DNA of 64,000 nucleotides from Octopus vulgaris (Eukaryota), in the NCBI GenBank assembly GCA_951406725.2, contig OX597837.1, positions 38,068,001 to 38,132,000 of the forward strand. Direction: 5' to 3'. The notes under the pieces are model-generated. The model worked only from the letters and a program-made list of their open reading frames with translations, was not told where the DNA came from and ran no database searches. How positions within the stretch are numbered: position 1 is the first letter of the stretch; every line of letters starts with the position of its first letter. The position numbers and the translations under genes are program-made. Positions 27,176 to 43,391 of the stretch are shown here, piece after piece.

Positions 27176-27354
27176 CATATACATACATACATACATACAT
27201 ACATATTTGTGTGTGTGAGTGTGTGTGTGTATGTATATACGTGTACAAAGGGAGAGCGAGAGAGAGAGAAAGAGAGAGCGTGATAATAGACAGCGAGATA
27301 GGGAGATAGACACCTACAGGCATATATATACATATACATATATACATACATATA

Positions 27355-27393
<39 letters not shown>

Positions 27394-27599
27394 GCAGACA
27401 GACAAATACATGTGAGAGATTGTGATATAGGTACACAGAGATATATGTAGATATATATGTGTGTGTGTGTGTGTGTGTGTACATATATATATTATTGGCG
27501 GTGCTCCAGCATAGACACAGCCTTAGGGCTGAAACATGTGAAAGAATAAAGAATATCTATATATAGGGAGAGATAGAGAAAGAGTAAGTGAAAGAGTGA

Positions 27600-28001
<402 letters not shown>

Positions 28002-28272
28002 GGATGGAGGGATGGATGGATGGATAACTAATCAGGTAGATGAAGAGAGAGAGGGAGAGAGAAAGAAAAAGAGAGGGAGGGAGGGGGAGGGAGAGAAGAG
28101 TTGGAACTGGAGTAGAAAGAAAAGTAAATTCTTAAATTTAAAACGAAATGATGGATGGGGCGTAGGTGGGGGCAAAAGTATATATTAAGAGAGTGGTAGT
28201 ATGAGGTGCCATATTAATATGGGGATATAGAGGGGACGAAGGGGAATATACAGAGGGGAGAAGAAGAGGACG

Positions 28273-28303
<31 letters not shown>

Positions 28304-29345
28304 AAGGAGACATAAAGGAGAAAGAGAAAGGAGAGAGAGAAAGAGAAAGAGATGGAAACTCAAAAAGGCAAAGAGAGAGAGAGAGAGTAAGGGAGAGGAG
28401 AACGACAAAGAAAAGGAGAGGCGAGAGTAAGAGTGACAAAGAGGCGGTGAGAAGGAGAGAAAGAGTAAGAGTGTAGGTGAGAGGTAGTAAGAGAGAGGAT
28501 GACGAAAAAGATAGGAAAGAAGAGAGAGAGAAAAAGGATGGAGAATGAGTGTGTGAGAGATAGAGAGACAGAAAGATAGAGAGAGAGAGAGAGAGAGCGA
28601 GGGAGAAATAATGTGTGTGAGCGAGTGATAGGGTTTGTATGTGTATGTGTTTGAGTATGGGAGAGAGAGAGAGAGATAGAGATAGAGAGACAATGACAAA
28701 GTAGCAAAGAAGAGAGAGAAAGAAAGGAGAAAAAGAGATAGCATGTGTGTAAGAGAGAGAGAGAGAGAGAGAGAAGGAGAGAAAAAGATAGGGAAAGAGA
28801 GAAAGAGGAAGAGAAAGGGAGAGGGAGAGAGCGAAGAATTTTCTATGGAGCTTTGTCGTTTCATTGGAAGAATTACGAATTGATTTCGGAGAGGAAACGC
28901 CCAGCAACAACAAGAACACCAACAGCAGCAACAACAACAACAACAACAAAAGACAACTGCAACAACAAACAAAAAGGAACAACAACTACAACAACAACAA
29001 CAATAACAACAGCAACAATATGGAGAACATCCAAGAGCAATATCAAAAAGTGAGCAAGATGGCGTTTAATATAAAGTGTGTGTGTGTGTATGTGCATGTG
29101 TTTAAGTGTGTTGGTGCGTTTATACATATCCGCATGTGTGATTTTGTGTTCGTTTGTGTGTATGCCTGTGTGTGAGTGTGCTGAAGGTGTTGTAGGCGGC
29201 TCCGGATTCGTTTTTTTATTAATGAGACACAAAAATTTCTGAAAAAGCAAAGTGGTTAGTTAGCATTCTGTAATTATGTATAGATTTGTTGTCTCAGAGA
29301 GTGTAGTGTCTATGCATGAATGTATGTGAGTGCATATGCATGTGC

Positions 29346-29434
<89 letters not shown>

Positions 29435-29476
29435 AATCTATGAATGCATGTATATGTGTATTATACAGATAAATAC

Positions 29477-29650
<174 letters not shown>

Positions 29651-29939
29651 GTATATATATATGCCACTCGATAATAATACGTCGGTTCAATCTATCGTAG
29701 AAATTTCGAATGAAATTCGGCATTTGTGTACTCTATTGAGTACTACATTTCATAGTTGTCCGTTTCCACTGAACCAGTTTTAGAGTAAGTTGTTGAATAA
29801 TGCATATAGCAGACGCCTGTACGTGTGTGGATGAGAGATAACATATGCATATGTATGTATATGCTCCTGGCTGTGTACACAATACATGCACAATACATGC
29901 ATGTGTATGCAATCGCATGTATATATTTATATACAGTTG

Positions 29940-30346
29940 AAGGCGGCGAGCTGGCAGAAACGTTAGCACGCCGGGTGAAATGCTTAGCGGCATTTCGCCT
30001 ACCGCTACGTTCTGAGTTCAAATTCCGCTGAGGTCGACTTTGCCTGTCATCCTTTCGGGGGTCGATAAATTAAGGACCAGTTACGCACTGGGGGGGGGGC
30101 CGATGTAACCGACTTAATCCGTCTGTCTGTCCTTGTTTGCCCCCTCTATGTTTAGCTCCTTGTGGGTAGTAAAGAAATAGGTATTTCGTCTGCCGTTACG
30201 TTCTGAGTTCAAATTCCGCCGAGGTTGACTTTGCCTTTCGTCCTTTCGGGATCTATTAAATAAGTACCACTTTCGTACTGGGGTCGATCTAATCGTCTGC
30301 CCCCCGCCCCCCAAAAAATTGCGGGCCTTGTGCCTAGATTAGAAAA
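29940..30346 (+). mobile_element. Family-B SINE dimer
   Basis: Two units joined by AAAGAAATA|GGTATTTCG at ~30180; the second unit has the alternative tail. Confidence 0.88.
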
Positions 30347-30361
30347 GTATATATAGAGAGT

Positions 30362-30765
30362 GGCGCAGGCGTGGATGTGTGGTAAGAAGCTTGCTTGCAA
30401 ACCACATGCTTCCGGGTTCAGTATCACCTTCGGCAAGTGTCGCTTACTATAGCCTCGGGCCGACCAAAGCCTTGTTTGTGGATTTGGTAGACGGAAACTG
30501 AAAGAAGCCCATCGTGTGTGTATGTGTGTATGTGTGTATGTGTGTGTATGTGCGCGTGTGTTCGTATGTGTGTCTTTGTGTTTTGTGCTCAACCACTGCT
30601 CGGCACCCGGTGTTCGTGTATTTACCTCCCCGTAACAGAACACGATAGAAAATGTAGTATGTTTAAAGATTAAACATTTACTGGGGTCAATTCTTGCGAC
30701 TAAAACTCTTTAAGCTAGTGCACCCAGCATGGCCGCAACCAATGAATGACACAAGTAAAACTGAA
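30362..30765 (+). mobile_element. Family-A SINE, diverged
   Basis: GGCGCAGG head and CCAGCATGGCCGCA tail. Confidence 0.75.
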
Positions 30766-31357
30766 AGGATAATAATAGATGCAAATATCTCCCAGCATTT
30801 GTCTTTTGAAATTTTACGTTCTGAGTTCAAGTCCCGCCGAAGTCAGCTGTGCTTTTCATCCCTCTATGGATGATATACCAGTCATACACTATGACTCAGC
30901 ACGTGCGTGAGGGCGCTGGGTTTAGCATGGCACAGCACATTCTAAATGTTCATGCTTCAATAACCTTGACTTCACGGCTACAGCTGGTGTGACCACCACC
31001 GTTGAAGTTCACAGTCACCACATGAATATTATGTAAATCTAACACCCTATGTTTCTAACGCAACGCGCCCATACGCTCATATACATACATACATGCATGC
31101 ATATACATACATATATATATATATATCTGTATATAGTACACTACCTAAAAAGGAGTGATCACATGTTTACATATACATATATAATATATATGTATTTGAA
31201 TATTCAGTATAGTTCCTTAACAAAAATATGGGATTTGTATAAGGTAAATGTTTTTTAAATTTTCTCCTGGTTTACGGAATTAATTTTTATTTGCGGTTGT
31301 ATCTTTGGCTGTTATTTCTAGTGGGTGAATGGCCTATTATGGCCGTTCCTTGATTGT

Positions 31358-31397
<40 letters not shown>

Positions 31398-31565
31398 TGT
31401 GTGTGCGCGTTCTAGTGTGTGTCTGTGTGTATGTAGACAGATAGATAGATAAATACATATATGTACACATGTGTGATACTCTGTGTACAAATATGTGTGT
31501 ACGTATATATATATATATGTACTTAAATATAAATATAAATATATATATAAATATATGTATATATA

Positions 31566-31627
<62 letters not shown>

Positions 31628-31966
31628 CGTATATATACACACATACATTTATGTATATATATCTATATTTATTCCTCTCTGCGCGAATATCTTTCAGCGT
31701 ATTTCTAAATTTCTCTTTCATATTGTTGTATGTATGTATGTATATGATATGTACGTACACCTATGTGTGTATGTATGTGTATGAGTGTATATTGATATGT
31801 GCGTGCATGTGTAAGAGTATGTCTGTGTGTGTGTGTGTGTGTATGTGGGTTGCGAGGTGGTGGGGGTGATCTTATTTGTCTATTGTACGGGGAAAATCGT
31901 CGAATTCCGTTTGCCTTTCATCTTGTCGAAATAGTAACGATAATTATGATGATGACAATAATAATG

Positions 31967-32050
<84 letters not shown>

Positions 32051-32255
32051 TCAATAATGGGAATAATGGCGCTGGTGATGACGAAATTTGATTGACGCAG
32101 ACGATACTGATGATGATGATGATAATGGTGATGATGATGATGAGAAGGAGGTTGGGGAAGAGGAGAAGGAGGATGAAGAGCAAGAGAAGGAGGTGGAGAA
32201 GGAGGTGGAGAAGCGGGAGGAAGAGATGTTGAGGTTCGGTGGGAGGGAATATTAC

Positions 32256-32297
<42 letters not shown>

Positions 32298-32639
32298 AAT
32301 GATATGCGCAAAAGAAATCATTATTAACAATAAACAGCAACAACAACAACAATAGAAGCAGCAAGCAGCAGCAGCAGCATCTCTCACCACCACCACAACC
32401 ACCACCACCACCACCACCATTTTCATCACCACTACTACCACTACCACTACCACCATCGTCACCGACGCCGCCACCCTTCGACCCACCACCATCGCCCGAT
32501 ATCGCTACCATCACCACCACCACCACCACCACCATCACCCCCAACCACCACCGCCACCGCCTCCACCACCACCACCACCGCCACCACCACCACCACCACC
32601 ACCACCATCACCCCCAACAACCACCACCACCACCACCAT

Positions 32640-32965
32640 AGAAACAACAACATCGCTAGAAGCCGATTGCTGGAACAGCTTCGTGTGACGTCATAAGCGA
32701 AGAAGCGAAAATGTGTATTTTTTTTTGTTTCATTCATTGTTTTTTTTGTTATTTTTTGTTTTGTCTTTTTTTTCTTTTATTTCATATTTCGTTGTTGTTG
32801 TTATTGGTGTTCTTTTTTTCTTTTTTTGCTTGTTATTTTTTTATATCTTGTTCTTTCGTCAAAAAACCCTCCTCTACCTGCCCTCCTCCCACTTTCCCCC
32901 TCCACTCAGCCGCTGCTCATCTGATATTTTTACCTTTTGACGTCAGCCGGTTACAAAGGCAATGA
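32640..32965. promoter_or_regulatory. Two perfect CRE palindromes (TGACGTCA) in unique islands
   Basis: TGACGTCA at 32686-32693 and 32938-32945. Confidence 0.35.
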
Positions 32966-34864
32966 CGACGACCATGACGATGATGACGACGTCGATGATG
33001 ATGATGATGATGGTGCTATGGTTGTTGTTGTTGATGATGATGATGATGATGATGATCATAATGCTGATGATGGTGAATATCATTATGAGGACCATGGTTA
33101 TGATGATGGTGATGGTAGAGGTGGTAGTGGTGTGTGTGGTGGTGGTATTGGTGCTGGTGGCGGTGGTTTTGTGTTGCTGATGATGGTGGTGGTGATGATG
33201 GTGGTGGCGATGATGATCATGATGATCATGATGAGGTTGGCTGAGAAGAGAAGGGTAAATTGAAAGAAGAGGTGATATGTGTACACACACACATACATAC
33301 ACACGTGTACACACACACACATACACACGTATATTTATACACATACGCAATCACACATATATTCATATATATATATATATATATACACACACAGAAATAT
33401 TACGAGAGAGAGAGAGGGGGAGGGAGAGGGGGTGAAAGAAAGACGGTGAGACAGAAGCGAAGTAGAAAACGCAGAGAGAGGGATAAAGGAGGAGAGTAGT
33501 GAAGTAGGAGCGTAAGTTAGAGGGAGAGAGTTGAGAGAAAGGCGGGCAGGCGGGTAGGCGGGCAGGAAGGCAAGCAGGTAGGCAGGTAAGTGAGGGAGGA
33601 AAAAAGAATAAGGGGGTAGGCATGTGTGTGTAGCGAGGGGGGTATGTGGAGAGAAGTACGGGTGGGCGGGGTGGGTAAGTTGGAAGAAGAGATGCGGACT
33701 TTTAAGCAAAGTGCATTATTAAATAAGCTTCAAGATGGCGGTGTTTAAGACGCCATTTATTAACTGTCAGCTATTTTTTGTATTTCTTTTGCGCTCATTT
33801 TATTTTCCTTTGATTATCTTTTCTTCCACTTCTACTTTGCTTGTTGGTTTTTAGTGTGTCGTAGGGCTTTTTTTTTTATCGTTGTAGTTTTTGTGTTATC
33901 GTTGTTATTCTTTTAATGTATTTTTCTCATTTTTTTTTTCCACATTCATTCTTTCCATTTATTTCTATTGCTACAATGTTATTGTGTATTTTTGGTGTGC
34001 GTATATGTATTTTTTGAATTATTTTTTTGTTATTTTGTTATTTCTGTTCTTGTCGTTTTGTTATCTTTTTCTCTCTCAAATTGGTCTTTTATTTGATATC
34101 ATCGATTCAAGTGTTTTGTTTTCATTTCTTTCTTTCTATCTTTTCTTTCATTTCATTTTTCTTTTTGTTTCTGCTATTTTTGTTTTTACTTTTTGCTCTT
34201 TTTTCTTTCTTTTACCTCCTCACTTTCCCTCCTCCTCCTCCTCCTTGTCCTCCTCCTCCCCATCATCATCATCATAGAATTCATCTTTCTTCCACTACTT
34301 CCTTAACTACTCACGTCGCCACAGCCTCTATCACAATGATGACGATCATAATCATCATCGTCGTCGTCGTCATCATCATCATCCGCATGTTCCTCCCCTT
34401 CGTGATTGTCTTTCTCTCCTCCCTCTCCCTTCTCTTCCTGCTAGTCATCATCATCATCATCATCATCATCACCATCATCATCATAATCGTTATGATTATG
34501 ATCATGATTGTTATCATAATGATCATCATATTTCATCACCGTTGTCGTCGGCGGCGGAGTCATGATCATAACCACCACCACCACCACCACCACCACCACC
34601 GCCACCACCACCACCACCACCATCATGAATATCAACACCTCTCACTCTACTCCACCCCGACCGTCACCATCGCCACCACCACTACCACCGCCATCACCAC
34701 CTCCGCCAATGCAATTACCTGACACACTACGTCCGCCACACATCTTCAATGGAAATTACCCATCCACTACCACCACCACCACCACCACCACCACAACCAT
34801 CATCAGTAACACTGCTACGACACACACAGACATATAAACACATGTACATATACATATACAATGA

Positions 34865-34920
<56 letters not shown>

Positions 34921-35243
34921 ATACTGTTACTGTTACTGCTGCTGCTGCTGCTGCCACCACCTTCACTACACCCGCTTCATCGTCACGACCACTTCTAATT
35001 ACAGGATTTTTTACCTCCACCGGCACCGCCAGTACCACCACCACCACCACCACCACCACCACCTTGAAGTATATTACGCGCTCAAGTATAGACACACACA
35101 GATACACTTATATATATATATATAGATATATGCGTATATACATATTTACACTACTACCTTCTCTTATACCACCACCGTCTCCAACAACCAACAATAAGAA
35201 AGCCACATCTATAGTACGGAGATATACTATATATATATACATG

Positions 35244-35326
<83 letters not shown>

Positions 35327-35449
35327 TTATATACATGTTTATGTGTATATATGTAGAAATAGAATTATATATATATATACATTTAAGTGTGTATGTATAT
35401 ATATAAATACACACATATACATACATACATATATCTATATGCATAGTGT

Positions 35450-36945
35450 GTAAGGTAAATATGAAGCGGGAGGGAACAGAGACAGGTAGAAATGAAGATT
35501 TACATGTAATGATGTGTAAAGAGTAATGACTGAAAAATGATGTTTGAAGATTGATGATTGAAGAGTACAAAGGGAAGAGTGAAATGTAAAGATGAACGGG
35601 CAGATATTGAGTGAAGAGTGAAGATTGAAGATTGAAGATTGAAGAGGTAAGGATAAAGATTGGAAAGTGACGTTTAAAGTGTGATGTTAGAAGATTGATG
35701 ACTGAAGAAAAACATCAAAGAGTGAGACAAAGAGAAATGAGTGAATATTGAAGACTAGTGAATGAAGACTCAGCATTAAAGTCTAAAGATAAAATATTGA
35801 AGAGTTACGTTTGCGGACCGATGATTGGTGATTAGACATAGAAGAGTGATGAATAAAGAGGAACGGGTGAAAATTGAAAACTGAAGGTTGAAGAATAATG
35901 ATGGAAAATAATGAGTGATAATTGAAGATTTATACACAAAGAAGTGGAAAGGATAAAGTTTGAAGAATTATGTATGAAAAGTGAAGAATGGGGCATGAAT
36001 AAAGAATGAAAAAGTAAGTGAGATTGAAGCGGGATGAATAAAACTGTCGATTGAAGATTAAAGAAATAACATTAAAGACTAAAGAAAGGAGAATGGAGAA
36101 TAAAGTTTATAGATTAAAGGATAAATAAAGAATAATAAAGCATTATGCGTGAAACAGCAAGGAATGAAGAAGAAAGATTAAGTAAAAAATGAGAATAATT
36201 GTGAGTAATGAAGAATGAATAAAGATTATAAAGCGTGAAGAATAAAGCAGGACGAGTGAAGAATGAATAATGAATAAAAATTGATAAGTGAAGAATAGGA
36301 AGTCGACGGAGAATAACGAAATGCTTAGCATGAATAAGGAAGTTTAAGAAAGAGTAACGAGTGATGAGGCCAGAATAACGACTAAAGAGTGAAGAGTGAA
36401 TAAAGAGTGAAAATTAGAAATGAAGAATTAAGAATGTAAAAAGAGAAGGGAAGAAGGAAGAGTGAGGAATGAATGATAAAGAAAGAAAAATTGAAATGAG
36501 GAATGAAGAATAAGAATAAAGATTTATGGAAATTTTATGAAAATTTTATGAAAATTGAAGAGTGAAGAATGATAAATTGTGAGGTAAGTTAAGGGTAAGG
36601 GTTGAGTGAAGAGTAGAAATTAAGACTGAAGTAGAAAGAGTGATGAATTAAAAGAAGGGGAACTAAAAAGGATAATGATTAAAGATTAAAGAGTGAAAAA
36701 TTAGAAAAGACCAACGAAGAACTAAGAATGAAGAAATTCGAATAAAGAATGACGAGTGAAGATGGTTGAATAAAGAATAAAGAGTGATGAAATATGCTTA
36801 ACGGAACAATAAAGAAATCATCTAGCATAAAGAATGAAGAATCAATTACGAGAAGAGTACATATTGATGCTTAGAGTGTAAAGAGTGATGAATGAAGAAT
36901 GATGATTGATAGAAGAACAAAATTGAAATATTTCATGATGCATAT
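35450..36945. repeat. Purine-rich, C-poor cryptic repeat region (TGAAGA-type motif)
   Basis: Many imperfect TGAAGA(T/G/A)TGAA motifs and strong strand asymmetry. Confidence 0.7.
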
Positions 36946-37439
36946 TAGTTATGAATGAGACAAAACATCAATCATTATCATTTTCATCATCATCGTCATC
37001 ATCACCATCATCATGATCGTCATCACCATTGTCAATAGCATCATCATCACCAACATTGACAAGGTCATGCTCCTCGCCACAACCACCACCACTACCACCA
37101 CTACCACCACTACCACCACCACCACCACCACCACCACCACTGCTACCACTATCATAATCATCATCATCACCATTTCCGTTATCATCGACCTTGCTGTCAT
37201 CCCCATCGTCGTCTTCATTATCAACAATATCCTCTTCCTTTTCCCTCTCCATTTCCTCCTCCTCCTCCTCCTCCTCCTCCTCCTCCTCCTCCTTATCATC
37301 ATCATCGTCGTCGTTGGCGTCGTCGTCATCATTACCATCGTCATCATCGTCATGTTATCGTCATCAACGTCACATCATCATCACAACCACTAACACCACC
37401 ACCACCACCACCACCACCACCACCACCACCACCACCACC

Positions 37440-37489
<50 letters not shown>

Positions 37490-38172
37490 TATCATCATCA
37501 TCAGCAGCAGCAGCGGCAGCAGCAGCAGTAGCATCAATATCGTCTCAATCGTAAGCAAAAAGAAAATGAACCAGTTGTAACAACACGGAAAATGGAAAAA
37601 AAAAAAAAAGACAAAAGCAAAAGAACAGAGAGTACAAAAATATATAAAGAAAAGATAAAACAAAGAACACGTCAACAAAACAATACAACATGACTAAGAA
37701 TTTATTAGAGTAAACACAGTTGTCAACACCAACAACAACAGCAACAACAACAACAACAAAAACAACAACAACAACACAACTAACAACAATAATGAAAATA
37801 TTATGTAGATATTGCAGAATGATTAATAAAATAGGAGCATTTATAAAAATATGAAATACACGCATATATATATATATATTTATATACATATATATACTAT
37901 ATTATATATATATATGTATGTATATATATATATACATATATATATTTATATATATATATATGTATCTATGTATGTATATATATATGTATATATATATATG
38001 TATATATATGTATGTATGTATATATATATGTATATAAATGTGTGTGTATATATATATATATATATGTACATACATACATATATATGTATGTAAATATATA
38101 TATATATATATTTATATATATGTGTGTATATATTTATACTGTCATATTTACATATTTATGTATGTATGTATG

Positions 38173-38213
<41 letters not shown>

Positions 38214-38957
38214 ATATATATGTGTGTGTGTGTGTGTGTTTGTGCGATTGAGTAAACAAGGTTAAAATGAGCAACAAAAAGGATGAAATATCAGTGTAAA
38301 GAACTAATAATACTTACCCGCGACATGTTGGATACCTATATACACACATGTGTATGTATATACATATATATACATATATATACATATATATATATATATA
38401 CACATACATATACAATGTGTGTAAATTTACATATATTATAAACATATACCTATAGATCTATACACATATATATACATACATATATATATATATACATTTA
38501 TACTTACATATTGTGAACACGTTCAAAGAGCGTTCATACCAATCTGCCGGTACTCCAATGAAAATACTTGTCGGATCTTTTTCTTGGGTTGTCTCGCCTC
38601 CATATTTAAACATTTATTTATACATTCGCTCATTGAACCATTCTTATAAATTGCTTAAATAATAATCTCTTACATTATTTTGTTATTATTTCGTTTTTCT
38701 TTTCCATTTTTGTTTGTGTCGTATGTAGATATTGTCCCGATCGTCTGCCTTTATTGTACCGATCGTCTGCCATTATCGTTGTTGAAGTACTTAGACGTCG
38801 TGGCTGTTGATATCATCGTCGAATGTAGCATTTCCTGAATTTCCCATTTTTGTGGACGGGTTTTTTTTTTAGCCTTGTTTTGTTTCGTTTCGTTTTAAAA
38901 CATAATAATACTTTTCAAGTGTTGCCGGTCGGTGATCCAGGTTCACAGAGATGCATT

Positions 38958-39040
38958 TATGCCTTCAAGCCCTTATCAGTTCTCCGTCCAGTACTCTTGT
39001 ATAGACGAGATGAAGAAGTGACAAGGAATCATAAGACAGC
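38958..39040 (-). ncRNA. mir-184: microRNA mir-184 precursor hairpin
   Basis: Reverse complement of 38969-38990 is UGGACGGAGAACUGAUAAGGGC, the conserved miR-184-3p. The 5p arm CCUUGUCACUUCUUCAUCUCGU (39005-39026) pairs with it, leaving a 2-nt 3' overhang. There is a basal stem UGUCUU/AAGGCA and a CNNC motif (CAUC) 16-19 nt past the 3p end. Confidence 0.97.
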
Positions 39041-39388
39041 AAACAATTTACTTTTGTGGTTGTTTTGTGTTTTCTTTGTTTTTGTGTAGTTCCTTTTTTT
39101 TTTTATATATATTTTTCGCCGGCTCAATTTTACTTTCTTTTCAATTTCCGCACGTAAGTGGATATTGTTGATGGCCGCCACGGTGATGGTACTGCCGTCA
39201 GGAAGAATAATAATGGGGATGATGTGGTGTTGTTTCATCCCTGCTTTCTGAATCGTGATGTCCTCCTTGTTGACATTGGTGACGTTTCATTTACATTTTT
39301 TTTCTTTTCTTTTTATCTCCATTTTCCCCTTCTTCCACGGAGAAAGAGAATCAATCATTACATAATGACAACAAACATGAACAACAAA

Positions 39389-39523
<135 letters not shown>

Positions 39524-39563
39524 TATATATGTATATATATATATAAATATATATATATGTATA

Positions 39564-39658
<95 letters not shown>

Positions 39659-40067
39659 ACACACACATATATATATTTATATACACACACATACATACGT
39701 ACATACATATAAATACAAAAAGACCAACAACAACAACAACAGCTATTACTACTACTACTGCTACTAATGATTTCAAATTTTGGCTCAAGGGCAGCCATTT
39801 TGGAGGAGGGGATAGGTCGATATCATCGACCTCAGCACTCAACCAGTACTTATTTTATCGACCCCGAAAGGATGAAAGATAAAGTCGACCTCGGTGAAAT
39901 TTGAACTCAGAACATAATGACGGACGAAATGCCGCTAAACAACTTGCCCGGCGTGCTAACGACTCTGCCAGCTCACCGTCTTGACGATGATAATATTATC
40001 GTCACCGATGATAATAATAACAGTAAATCTTGCTAATTTTAGTCCAAGACCAGTAGTTTTGGTAATG

Positions 40068-40133
<66 letters not shown>

Positions 40134-40295
40134 GGCGCAGGAGTTGCTGTGTGGTAAGTAGCTTGCTTACCAACCACATGGTTCCGGGTTCAGTCCCACT
40201 GCGTGGCACCTTGGGTAAGTGTCCACTACTATAGCCTCCGGCCGACCAAGACCTTGTGAGTGGATTTGATAGACAGAAACTGAAAGAAGCCCGTC

Positions 40296-40342
<47 letters not shown>

Positions 40343-40540
40343 TGTGTGTCTGTGTTTGTCCCACCAGCATCACTTGACAACCGATGCTGGTGTGTTTACG
40401 CTCCCGTGACTTAGCGATTCGGCAAAAGAGACCCAAGAGAATAATTACTAGGCTTACAAAGAATGTAAGTCCTGGGGTCGATTTGTTCGACTAAATGCGG
40501 TGCTCCAGCATGGCCGCAGTCAAATGACTGAAACAAGTAA
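40134..40540 (+). mobile_element. Family-A SINE, full length
   Basis: Matches the other family-A copies. Confidence 0.9.
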
Positions 40541-40779
40541 CATTTAAAAAAAAATAGTAATAATTATTTCTATTATAAGCACAAGGTTTGAAATTTTGAG
40601 AGAAGGGAGATAGTGAGTAGCAACAACCCCAGTGCATAACTGGTGCTTATTTTATCGGCCTCCGAAAGGATAACAGGCAAAGTCGAACTAGGCGAAATTC
40701 GAACTCCGTTCGCGAAGCCGGAGGAAATAACGCTAAACATCTTGCCCGGCACGCTATCGAGTTTGCCACCTCGCCGCCC

Positions 40780-41209
<430 letters not shown>

Positions 41210-41861
41210 TGATGATGATTATGATCATGATGATGATGATTATGATGATGATGGTGATGATGGCATAACTAAGCTGTGTGTAGTGAAAGGAAGAATATTA
41301 CCTGATGCCTGAACAATCCAAGATGTCGCTGAAACGGCATGAAGGATTCTCAAACAGGAGAACGAACGAACGAGAGGACAAACAGTTGGAAAGAGAAGGA
41401 ATTTGATGGTCAGGTGATGCAACAACTCTGAGGATGCCGGAAGTGAAAGAATGTTGGCTGTGGCTGACAGATGGATGCGTGAAACGAGAAGCCGAAGTGC
41501 TGTTTATAGGCGCCTGAGTATAAGTGCCGGAAATAAATTTACTTAGGTTTCAAAAATTTTGCCACAGTGGCAGCCATTTATGGGAGAGGTGGGGGATGAG
41601 TCGATTACATTGACCCCCCCCCCAGTCTTCAGCAGGTACTTATTCTATCGGCCCCGAAAGGATGAAAGGCAAAGACGACCTCAGCAGAATTTGAACTCGG
41701 ATCGGAGCGACGGGCGAAATACCGGAAAGCATTTCGTTCGGCGTGAACAACGATTCTGTCAGCTCGACGCCTTAAACACAGATATGCTAACAACAACAAC
41801 AACAACACCAACAACAACACCAACACCAACAACAACAATAACATCAATAATAATAATAATG

Positions 41862-41917
<56 letters not shown>

Positions 41918-42139
41918 TTTTTCTACTATAGGCACAAGGCCTGAAATTTTGGGAGAGGGGACTAGTCAATTGTATCAACCCCTCCCCCCAGTGTTTCACT
42001 GGTACTTAATTTATCGACCCCGAAGAGATGAAATTCAAGTCGACTTCGGTGGAATTTGAACTCAGAACGTGATGACGGGCGAAATATTGCTAAGCAGTTC
42101 ATCCAGCGTGCTAACGATTCTGCCAGCACACCGTTTTAG

Positions 42140-42214
<75 letters not shown>

Positions 42215-43029
42215 TGATGATGATAATAATTATTATTATTATTATGGCAAAATGCTTAGCGGTAGTACACTTGTCGCTACGTTCTGAGTTCCGCAGAGGT
42301 CGACTTTGCCTTTCAATCTTTCGGTGTCGATAAATTAAGTGACAGTCAAGTTCTAGGGTCGATGTGATCGACTTACCGTCACCTCACAAATTGTGCCGAT
42401 AGTAGAAAGGATTATTATAATATTGGTAAATCAACCAAACCAGATAAATCTAATAATGGGAAAATAATGTTTCAAATCAGTTCAAAAATGCCTCTATGCC
42501 TCGTTCGTTTTGGCGATGAAGCTTTCCAGAAGGATGTTCAAAGCGTTTTCATGGCCCCACCAAAACTTTAGGGAGTGAGCTTGCATCCCCTGCGCCTCCT
42601 GTTCCCGAGCCTGTGCGACAAGGAACGACCCATTAAGAGGAATTTGGGGAAGACAGAAACTGATAGTATTCAGTCAGACAGCAAACGCAGAATATGAGGA
42701 AAAAGAGACGAAAAATATTAACTATCTTTTGAGCGTATACAGAGAGCTAGTGCAAGAAGAGTATAAGTGCATGCATAACTGTGTCGGTGAAAGAGTGCAT
42801 TGGAGAGCTTAGTCGAGTGTGTGGATTCAAAGAGACAGAAAATTAGCATAAACATGAAACAGAAGCTGTGATGGAGAATGGTAATTAGAGAATTGTATAG
42901 AATTCCTTCCTAACGACTGACCATTTTATTGAAGCCAGGTGATTACTGAGGCGAGATCAAAATAAAAAGGACAAAAAAATATAACAAAAATACAACAGTA
43001 TAACATCATAGAATTTACGCCATTATACA

Positions 43030-43391
43030 GGCGCACAAGTGGCTGTGTGGTAAATACCTTGCTTACCAACCACATGGTTCCAGGTTCAGTCCCTCTACGT
43101 GGCACTTTGGGCAAGTGTCTTCTACTATAGCCTCGGGCCGACCAATACCTTGTGAGTGGATTTGGTAGATGGAAACTGAAAGAAGCACACATATATATAT
43201 GTGTGTGTGTGTATACGTTTGTGTGTGTATATACGCTTGACAATCGATATTGATGTTTTTACGTCCCCGTAACTTAGCGGTTCGGCAAAACAGACCGATA
43301 GAACAAAAGAATAAGTCCTGGGATCGATTTGTTCGACTGAAGGCGGTGCTCCAGTATGGCTGCAGTCAAATGACTGAAAAAAGTAAAAGAA
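43030..43391 (+). mobile_element. Family-A SINE
   Basis: Head and tail match family A. Confidence 0.85.

Noticed and set aside
29020-29056. Possible plus-strand first coding exon MENIQEQYQK followed by GTGAGC
   Set aside because: No recognisable protein and no convincing downstream exon; the nearby candidate at ~29700-29785 has stops in all three frames.
34562-35100. Pro/Thr-rich ORFs with a short complex patch ([18 protein letters not shown])
   Set aside because: Embedded in (CCA)n/(CTA)n repeats, with no homology recognised and no clear splice sites.
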